From positions 2,280 to 66,279 of the forward strand of contig DATEKA010000141.1 of the NCBI GenBank assembly GCA_035277685.1: 64,000 bases of DNA, read 5' to 3'. Below, piece by piece: positions 26,726 to 34,100 of this stretch (the first letter of the stretch is position 1; every line of letters begins with the position of its first letter). Below the pieces are notes generated by a model. It saw nothing but the letters and a program-made list of their open reading frames with translations. It searched no databases and was not told the DNA's origin. The position numbers and the translations under genes are program-made. Origin of the DNA: Candidatus Acidiferrales bacterium. GTDB lineage: Bacteria > Acidobacteriota > Terriglobia > Acidiferrales > UBA7541.

Positions 26726-26830
26726 CTAATTGAAGGTCATCAACGGCGTCTTGCTCTGCAGGGTCTGCTTCTTTTCAAGCTTCTTGCCAGCCGCCTTCCC
26801 GGACTTGATTGCCTTCGCTTTGCTTGCCAT
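26726..26830 (-). CDS. Lys-rich micro-protein P3 (34 aa)
   Basis: My translation is MASKAKAIKSGKAAGKKLEKKQTLQSKTPLMTFN*. It forms the C-terminal part of track ORF 26726..26968. The SD GAGGGG lies 7 nt upstream. A sigma-54-type promoter sits about 75 nt upstream. Confidence 0.6.
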   Translation of the reverse strand: MASKAKAIKSGKAAGKKLEKKQTLQSKTPLMTFN

Positions 26831-26904
26831 TTCGTTGCCCCTCGCGTTTGATGTCGCGCTTGAGAAGCGCGCCAGAGTAGCCTTTGCGGCTCTGCGGGTG
26901 TAAG

Positions 26905-26920
26905 TGCAATCGGGGAGCCA
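26905..26920 (-). promoter_or_regulatory. Candidate sigma-54 (-24/-12) promoter
   Basis: The minus strand reads TGGCTC-CCCGA-TTGCA against the consensus TGGCAC-N5-TTGCW. The GG-N10-GC spacing is exact. It lies about 75 nt upstream of the P3 ATG and about 140 nt downstream of the bEBP stop codon. Confidence 0.6.
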
Positions 26921-26971
26921 AACGAACAGTGTGCGCAGGGAAGGCCCGCTCCGTTGAGGCGAAAGCACTTA

Positions 26972-27012
26972 GCGCACGTCCCCTGTGCCACGACGAAGAA
27001 GCGGCGCACGTC
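26972..27012 (-). promoter_or_regulatory. Candidate enhancer (UAS): direct repeat GCGCACGTC x2
   Basis: The identical 9-mer GCGCACGTC (plus-strand reading) occurs at 26972-26980 and 27004-27012, 32 bp apart (about 3 helical turns). This is 55-95 bp upstream of the -24 element. An AT-rich tract follows at 27018-27055. Confidence 0.35.
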
Positions 27013-27057
27013 ACACGTTGAGTTTTTTATCGAGAATATTTAATTTTTCAACGCCTG

Positions 27058-28410
27058 CTACAGGCCGTGCTTCCGGCAAAGATAGTTCAGGCGGTTGCGA
27101 TCGATTCCGAGCAAGCGTGCGGCTTCGGTCTTCGTCTGTTTGGTCTGCAGGAGGGCTTCCTGGAGCCAGCGTTTCTCGAAATTCTCCAGTTCCTTATCCA
27201 GATCGATTCCGCCGGGAGGCAGCCGAAAGTGGCTTCGGGAATCGCGTGCATCGGCCTCGACGATTTCTCCCGGCAGATCTTTCAGGGCGATGTGCTCGCC
27301 ATCGGTCATGATGACCATTCTTTGAACAGCGTTCTCAAGCTCACGAACGTTCCCTGGCCATGTGTAATTTTTCAACGCTTGCATGGCATCGTCGCCGATG
27401 CGCTTGAGCGCCAAGCCGTTCGCGGCGCAATAAACGCTTACGAAATACTCCACCAGCAGGGGGATGTCGTCCACCCGGTCACGTAAGGCGGGAACGAAGA
27501 TGGGGACAACGTGAATGCGGTAGTAGAGGTCTTCGCGGAAGTGCCCGTCCCTCGTCATCTGCTCCAGATCCTCGTTTGTCGCGCTGATCAGGCGGAAATC
27601 AACTTTGATCTGCCTTTTACCGCCCAGCCGCGTGAGGGACCGCTCTTCGAGAACACGGAGCAGTTTGCTTTGCAAGGCGGGAGTGAGGGTGGCGATTTCG
27701 TCGAGGAAGAGTGTTCCAGTGTGGGCCAGTTCGATCCGCCCTTCCTTCATGGCAACGGCGCCGGTGAAGGCTCCCTTTTCATAGCCGAATAGCTCGGCTT
27801 CCATCAAACCTTCCGGCAGGGCGGCACAGTTCACACTGATAAAAGGACGGACCCGGCGAGGCCCCTGATCGTGCAGCGCGCGGGCGACGAGTTCTTTGCC
27901 AACGCCGCTTTCGCCGCGAATGATGACATTGGTCGTGGCGCGAGCCATGCGTTTGACCGAATCGAAAACATGGCGCATCGAATCCGTGGCGCCGATCAGA
28001 TCACCGAGGGCATGTTTGCGGCTGATCTCGTCGCGCAGGATGCGATTTTCGCGCTGGATGCGCAGCTTTTCGATGGCGCGTTCGAGAAGGTGACGCAGAA
28101 CGTCGGTATCGATGGGCTTGATAAAGTAATCGTACGAGCCGGCGTCGATGACTTTCAGGGCGCTGGATTTCCTGTCGTCAGAACTGAGGACGATGACCAG
28201 TGTGTCGATTTCGCTCCCTTGAAGGCGAGAAAGCAGCTCGGTGCACTCCTTGACGCCGCCAGAAGCGATGGGCAGGCCCAATAGAAGGACATCGAGCTCC
28301 GATTCCTGCAGGAGTTTATAGGCGGCGTTGTAGTCGTCGCCCTCGAGGATTTCGAAATCTGCTTTGAGGGCAGAACAGACCTTGGACCGCAGGTCCGCGT
28401 CGTCGTCCAC
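27058..28410 (-). CDS. Sigma-54-dependent transcriptional activator (NtrC-family bEBP) with a degenerate receiver domain
   Basis: The AAA+ core has GESGVGKE, GAFTGA (EKGAFTGA) and a Fis-type HTH (EAARLLGIDRNRLNYLCRKHGL). In the receiver, the phospho-acceptor position reads LDVLLLGLPIA, with Gly where Asp is expected. The annotated GTG start truncates beta-1, so the real start may be ATC 28446 (see findings). Confidence 0.85.
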   Translation of the reverse strand: MDDDADLRSKVCSALKADFEILEGDDYNAAYKLLQESELDVLLLGLPIASGGVKECTELLSRLQGSEIDTLVIVLSSDDRKSSALKVIDAGSYDYFIKPIDTDVLRHLLERAIEKLRIQRENRILRDEISRKHALGDLIGATDSMRHVFDSVKRMARATTNVIIRGESGVGKELVARALHDQGPRRVRPFISVNCAALPEGLMEAELFGYEKGAFTGAVAMKEGRIELAHTGTLFLDEIATLTPALQSKLLRVLEERSLTRLGGKRQIKVDFRLISATNEDLEQMTRDGHFREDLYYRIHVVPIFVPALRDRVDDIPLLVEYFVSVYCAANGLALKRIGDDAMQALKNYTWPGNVRELENAVQRMVIMTDGEHIALKDLPGEIVEADARDSRSHFRLPPGGIDLDKELENFEKRWLQEALLQTKQTKTEAARLLGIDRNRLNYLCRKHGL

Positions 28411-28662
28411 AATAGCAATCCTGGGATTCGAAGAGCCGGCGCCGATGGGTGACCTCCGGCAAGGGACACGCTGGATTCGTTCAAGCGATGGAGTGCCCCA
28501 AAGCTGCGGGGATTCTAGGTGCGCGTCCGGGAAGTGTCAACGGCGCTCGCGCCTGAGCGCATCAAGGGACAAATCGGAGCTGGCACTTGATTGAGAAGAA
28601 CAATTCGGCTAGCTTTTGAGCGGCGATTGATCGAATCTGTCCTGGTTTGCGCCGGAGCGCAT

Positions 28663-28998
28663 GTGAACATCGGAATCCGTAAAGCGGGTCGCGCTACGAT
28701 TCTCGATTTGAACGGCGCGTTGAAGCTCGGAGAGGCCGAAGAGGCGTTCCGGAGTCAAATCCAACAACTTGTCGATGCCGGAACGCCGCAGGTGGCGATC
28801 AACATGTCTGGAGTGACGGATCTGGACAGTTCTGGAATTGGCGCTCTTGTGCGTTCGTTTACGCTGCTGAAGAAATCCGGCGGCAAGTGCATCGTTTTCG
28901 CCCCGAACAAGCGCGTCCTGATGCTGCTCAAGATGGTGCGGCTGGACGCTGTGCTGTCCATCGTGGAAGATGAAGCGACTGCGCTGACTCGGATCTAG
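28663..28998 (+). CDS. STAS-domain anti-sigma-factor antagonist (SpoIIAA/RsbV-like)
   Basis: Shows ILDLNGALKLGEAEEAFRSQIQQLV...INMSGVTDLDSSGIGALV...GGKCIVFAPNKRVLMLLKMVRLDAVL, with the conserved DSSG serine present. GTG 28663 has GGAG 5 nt upstream, and the track ORF begins at 28591. Confidence 0.8.
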   Translation: MNIGIRKAGRATILDLNGALKLGEAEEAFRSQIQQLVDAGTPQVAINMSGVTDLDSSGIGALVRSFTLLKKSGGKCIVFAPNKRVLMLLKMVRLDAVLSIVEDEATALTRI

Positions 28999-29058
28999 TT
29001 CCTTCCGACCACATTCTCGGGGCTGAGGCGCCGAGCCGAAGTCCCACCCGTTGGTTCT

Positions 29059-31110
29059 TCATTCGGCTGCGAGCGTGCGAGTATTCTCGAGCTTTTCGGC
29101 CGGTCTATAGGCCGTTCCTGGCAACGTGACGACAACCCTTGTTCCCTTCCCGTCGGCGGAAATGAGCTCCATCTGTCCATGAAGTTGCACCACGCGCTCA
29201 CGAATACCTTGCAGGCCAACGCCCGGCGCCGGCCGCGCGGAATCCGAAGCGGGAGAATTGACAGGAATTCCAACGCCCTGATCGCATACCTCAAGCTGGA
29301 GGTCGCCGCTTGCGAGGCGGGATAAACGAACGCTGGCGGTGCTGCTCGCGGCGTGCCGATGAACATTCGTCAAGCATTCCTGGACAACGCGGAAGAGAGC
29401 GGTTTCGACATCCGTGGGAAGGCGGCCGATGGAGGGAGCTATGTCGACGTTGACGGCAATATTACTGCGTTTGGCGAAACCCTCCGCATACCAGACCACA
29501 GCCGACTCGAGACCGACTTCATCGAGCAGGGGAGGATGCAGGAGATGGGAAATCGTGCGAGTTTCGCTGATGGCAGTTTCGATCTGTTTGGTGGCATCCG
29601 CGAGGCGTTCCGTCACTTGAAAGTCGCCGGAGAGAGTCATGCTCAACAAGTCCAGACTCATTTTGGCGGCCACCAGATACTGGCCGAGACCGTCGTGAAG
29701 TTCCCGAGCGATCCTACGTCGCTCGTCATCCTGGCTCTGCATAAGGCGTCCAGACAGCCTGCGCAGCCGATCTTCTGCAACGCGTAGCTCGGAGGTTCGA
29801 GCGAAGACGCGAGTCTCAAGATCGTCGTGGGCGCGTTTGAGATCTTCCTCGGCGCGCTTCGTGCGTGTGATGTCGATGTTCAGACCGAAGATGCGGGCCA
29901 GCTTGCCAGTCGAATCGCGGTGGACACGGCCTCGGCTGTTGATCCAGCGAATTTCTCCGCTATCGATTCTCCGGATGCGAAATTCGATATCAAACGCGGG
30001 CCCTTCGGGCGGCAGACCGATAACTTCCGCCCCTTTGCGGTCCTCGGGCAGGACAAGATCGATCCAAGCCTGATAGGTTTTCGGGAATGTTCCGGGAACG
30101 AACCCGTATATCTGTTCAAGCTCCTCCGACCAAAAGTTGACTCCCGTCACGGCATTAAAATCGAATGCGCCGCAACGAGCGACTTTCTGAGCGAGGACCA
30201 GGCGCTCCTTCGTTTCCTCGAGGGCGCGGCGTATTTCGCGCTGCTCGTGGATATTGGTGCGCGCGCCGAACCAATGCTTGATGGCTCCGTTCGCATCGTG
30301 GATCGGCGTCACCTGGGTGAGAAACCAGCGGTAGACGCCATCAGCACCGCGCAGGCGGAATTCCATTTCGAAGGGACGTCCGGCCGCGATCGAAGCATCC
30401 CAAGCTTCGAAGACAACGCTTCTGTTTTCTGGAGCGACGTGGGACTTCCAGGTGGAACCGTTCGTCTCTTCCTTGGTGAGGCCAGTGTATTCATACCAGC
30501 GGTCGCTGTACCAGAGTATGGAGCCGGCGGGATCGGCCATCCACGTGAGTTGCGGGATCGAGTTGGCGAGGGTGCGGAACTGGGTCTCGCTCTGCTGCAA
30601 TTCGAGCGTACGTTCGCGGACACGCGATTCCAGTTCGAGATTCAGGCGCTCGAGCTGGCGGCTGGCGCGGTGCAAGTCGATGAAGACGCTAACGCGAGCG
30701 CGGAGGAGCTCGGGATTCACGGGCACGGAGATGTAGTCAACGGCGCCGCGTTCGTAACCCTTGACGCGATCGAGATCGGTCAAATGAATGGCGGAGATGA
30801 AAATAATGGCGGTACGCTGAAAGCGGGGATGGTCGCGGATCAGGCGGGCGGTCTCGAAGCCATCCATTTCGGGCATGCTGACGTCGAGCAGAATCACCGC
30901 GACATCGCTTAATTTCAGAAGTTTTTCGAGAGCCTCTCGACCCGACGTAGCCTGGATCAGATTCTCGTCCAGCTCTTCGAGCATGGCTTCGTAAGTGATG
31001 AGTTTCGAGGGCTGATCGTCAACGAGCAAGATGTTCATCTTTTGCTTTTGCGATGAATCCGTTCCCACTAGAACATCTTTGAAAACATTCCCGGTTTCAA
31101 TCATCGGCAT
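29059..31110 (-). CDS. REC-PAS-PAS-HisKA_3/HATPase sensor histidine kinase (NarX/LiaS-type DHp)
   Basis: It has an N-terminal receiver (ILLVDDQPS...ILLDVSMPEMDG...K), two PAS-like blocks and an H-box RRRIARELHDGLGQ (HisKA_3). The ATPase domain follows. Its ATG lies 1 nt after the upstream TGA (TGAcATG). Confidence 0.85.
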   Translation of the reverse strand: MPMIETGNVFKDVLVGTDSSQKQKMNILLVDDQPSKLITYEAMLEELDENLIQATSGREALEKLLKLSDVAVILLDVSMPEMDGFETARLIRDHPRFQRTAIIFISAIHLTDLDRVKGYERGAVDYISVPVNPELLRARVSVFIDLHRASRQLERLNLELESRVRERTLELQQSETQFRTLANSIPQLTWMADPAGSILWYSDRWYEYTGLTKEETNGSTWKSHVAPENRSVVFEAWDASIAAGRPFEMEFRLRGADGVYRWFLTQVTPIHDANGAIKHWFGARTNIHEQREIRRALEETKERLVLAQKVARCGAFDFNAVTGVNFWSEELEQIYGFVPGTFPKTYQAWIDLVLPEDRKGAEVIGLPPEGPAFDIEFRIRRIDSGEIRWINSRGRVHRDSTGKLARIFGLNIDITRTKRAEEDLKRAHDDLETRVFARTSELRVAEDRLRRLSGRLMQSQDDERRRIARELHDGLGQYLVAAKMSLDLLSMTLSGDFQVTERLADATKQIETAISETRTISHLLHPPLLDEVGLESAVVWYAEGFAKRSNIAVNVDIAPSIGRLPTDVETALFRVVQECLTNVHRHAASSTASVRLSRLASGDLQLEVCDQGVGIPVNSPASDSARPAPGVGLQGIRERVVQLHGQMELISADGKGTRVVVTLPGTAYRPAEKLENTRTLAAE

Positions 31111-31111
31111 G

Positions 31112-34100
31112 TCACCTGTGCAGCCACATGCGCAAGACGGCGAGCAATTGTTCCGTGTTCACCGGCTTGGCCAGATATTCCGACGCACCCGCTTCGAGGC
31201 ACTTCTCGCGGTCGCCTTTCATCGCCTTGGCGGTCAGAGCGATGATAGGCAATCGGCGAAAGAGGCGATTCTGCCGAATGACCTGCATCGTCTCGTAGCC
31301 ATCCATCTGGGGCATCATGATGTCCATCAGAACGATTGCGATCTCCGGAGTTTGCTCGAGAGTTTCAACGGCTTCGCGCCCCGTCCCCGCGGTGAGGATC
31401 TCCATCCCGCGACGCTCAAGAACGCTGCTCAAAGCGAAAATATTCCGCACGTCGTCATCCACGATCAGGACTTTTCGTCCGACCAGGGCTTCGTCGGAAC
31501 CATGCAGGCGATCCAGCATCTTGCGCTTCTCCGGAGGCAGGTCCGCCATCACCCGGTGAAGGAACAGGGCCGTTTCGTCGAGCAAGCGCTCGGGCGACTC
31601 AACGCCCTTTACGACGACGCTTCGCGCAAGCGAGCGAATCCGGGCGTCCTCCTCGGGAGATAATTCTCTTCCCGTGAAAACAACAACGGGTAAATCGTTG
31701 AGGGCGGGGGTCTCGCGAAGCCGTTCAAGAACATCAAAACCGGACATATCCGGCAAGCTCAGATCGAGCACCACGCAATCGAAGCGATCTTTGCGCAGAG
31801 TATTCAGCGCTTCTTCTCCGGTTGATACGGCGGAGATGACGATGTCGTCGTGAGCCAGCAATTCCCGCACGCTGAATTGCTCGGCTGGATTGTCTTCGAC
31901 GATGAGAAGGTGCTTCTGCCGTGAAGCGGAATAGTCTTTGAGGCACTTTAGCGCGGCATCCAGTCCCTCTTTCGTGGCTGGCTTAGTCATGAAAGAGAAG
32001 GCGCCGCACGCCAGGCCATGTTGGCGATCTTCGTCGAGAGTCAGCACTTGTACGGGAATGTGTCGAGTGGCAGGGTCCTGTTTCAAATGATTCAAGATGG
32101 TCCAGCCGAGCATATCGGGCAGAAAAACGTCGAGAGAAACAGCGCTTGGGCGGAACTTGGCGGCAAATGCAAGGGCGTCCGCGCCACGCTGGGCGACTAC
32201 GGCCCTGAACCCTTTATCGCGAGCGAGATCGCGGAGAACGCGGGCATAGTGAGGGTCATCCTCGACGATCAGCAAGACCGAATCGGCAGGCTGCAAGTTG
32301 TCGCGGTCATCGTCTATCGACTCCCCGGCGCTGTTCTGCCCGGCGCTAGCGAGTTCCACCGGATGAACGGAAACAGAAACGGAACTGCTCTTTTCGGGAA
32401 TCGTAATCGCGGGGCCAACGTATCGCTGAGGCAGATAGAGCGTGAAGGTGCTGCCCTTGCCGGGAGCGCTGAACAACTGAATCTCGCCTCCGAGCAGATT
32501 CGCGAGCTCCCGGCTGATGGCCAAGCCGAGACCCGTCCCGCCGTACTTGCGGCTCGTACCGGCGTCAGCTTGCTGGAAAGCCTCGAAGATGCTGCGTTGC
32601 TTATCGAAGGGGATGCCGATGCCGGTATCCGCAACAGCGAAGGCAATGACCGACGGCGAACCGTTCAGGATGGAATGATCGTTGCTCCAACCGCTCTCCG
32701 CGGCCGAGACCGACAGGCGCACGCCTCCTTTTTCCGTGAATTTAAAAGCGTTGGACAGCAAGTTCTTCAGCACCTGCTGCAGCCGCTTCGAATCTGTGAT
32801 CAGGCTGCGCGAAAGGCGCGGTTGGGCTGATACCTCGAAAGAGAGTTTTTTGCTCTCTGCTTCGTGCCGGAAAGGACGCGCGACAGCCTCGAGCAAGCTT
32901 GCGAGGGAAACATTTTCGGCTTCGACCGAAACCGTGCCGGACTCGATTTTGGACAGATCGAGAATATCGCTGATCAGGTTCAGAAGGTCGGTGCCTGCAG
33001 CGTGAATGGTCCTGGCGAATTCGACCTGCTTGGGAGAGAGGCGGCCGTCGGGATTCTCGCTGAGTTGTTGCCCGAGTACAAGAATGCTGTTCAGCGGCGT
33101 CCGTAGTTCGTGGGACATGTTGGCCAGGAATTCGGACTTGTACTTGGAGGTCAGCGCGAGTTCCTTGGCTTTTTCCTCCAAAGCGCGACGAGCCTGCTCA
33201 ATTTCCTGGTTCTTGCGCTCGACTTCCACGTTCTGCTCGGCAAGCTGGTGTGCCTTCAGCGCCAACTCATCGTTCGTCTGTTGCAACTCCTTCTGCTGGG
33301 CTTGAAGTTCGGCGGCCAACTGCTGCGATTGCTTCAGCAGACCTTCCGTTTGCATCGTGGCCTCGATACTGTTGAGCACGATTCCAATGCTGTCGGTCAA
33401 CTGCTCGAGGAAGGCCAGGTGGGGCGCGGTGAAGTTGCTCAGAGACGCGAGCTCGATCACCGCCTTCAGGCGGCCTTCGAAAACGACGGGGAGTACGATG
33501 ACGCTGCGCGGCACAGCCTGAAACAGGCCGGAGCGGATCGGAGCAGTGTTTGAGGGAAGATCTGTAATCAGCATTCGCCGTTTTTCTACCCCGCATTGTC
33601 CGATCAGGCCCTCGCCGAGATACAGATGAGGCGGGTGCCCGTCTTCAGCGGTCTCTGCGAAACTGGAGAGCAGAGACAAGCCCCCGAGGTCGCCGGAATC
33701 CATCCGGTACATGACGGCCTGCTGCGCGTTGACCAGCGACGCAAGCTCGGAAAGGAGCATCCGGGCAACTTCCGCCAGATCGCGGCGGCCCTGTAGCATG
33801 CCGGTGAAACGAGCGAGATTCGTTTTCAGCCAGTCCTGTTCGGTGTTGCGTTCGGTGGTAAGGCGAAGGTTTCCGATCATCGTGTTGATGTTGTCTTTCA
33901 ATTCAGCGACTTCCCCGCGCGCTTCCACCTGAATCGAGCGCGTCAGATCGCCTTTGGTAACAGCGGTAGCGACCTCCGCAATAGCGCGGACCTGATTGGT
34001 CAAGTTATCGGCAAGAAGGTTGACGTTCCCTGTGAGATCTTTCCACGTACCAGCGGCTCCGGGAACATTCGCCTGGCCTCCGAGACGGCCCTCGACGCCG

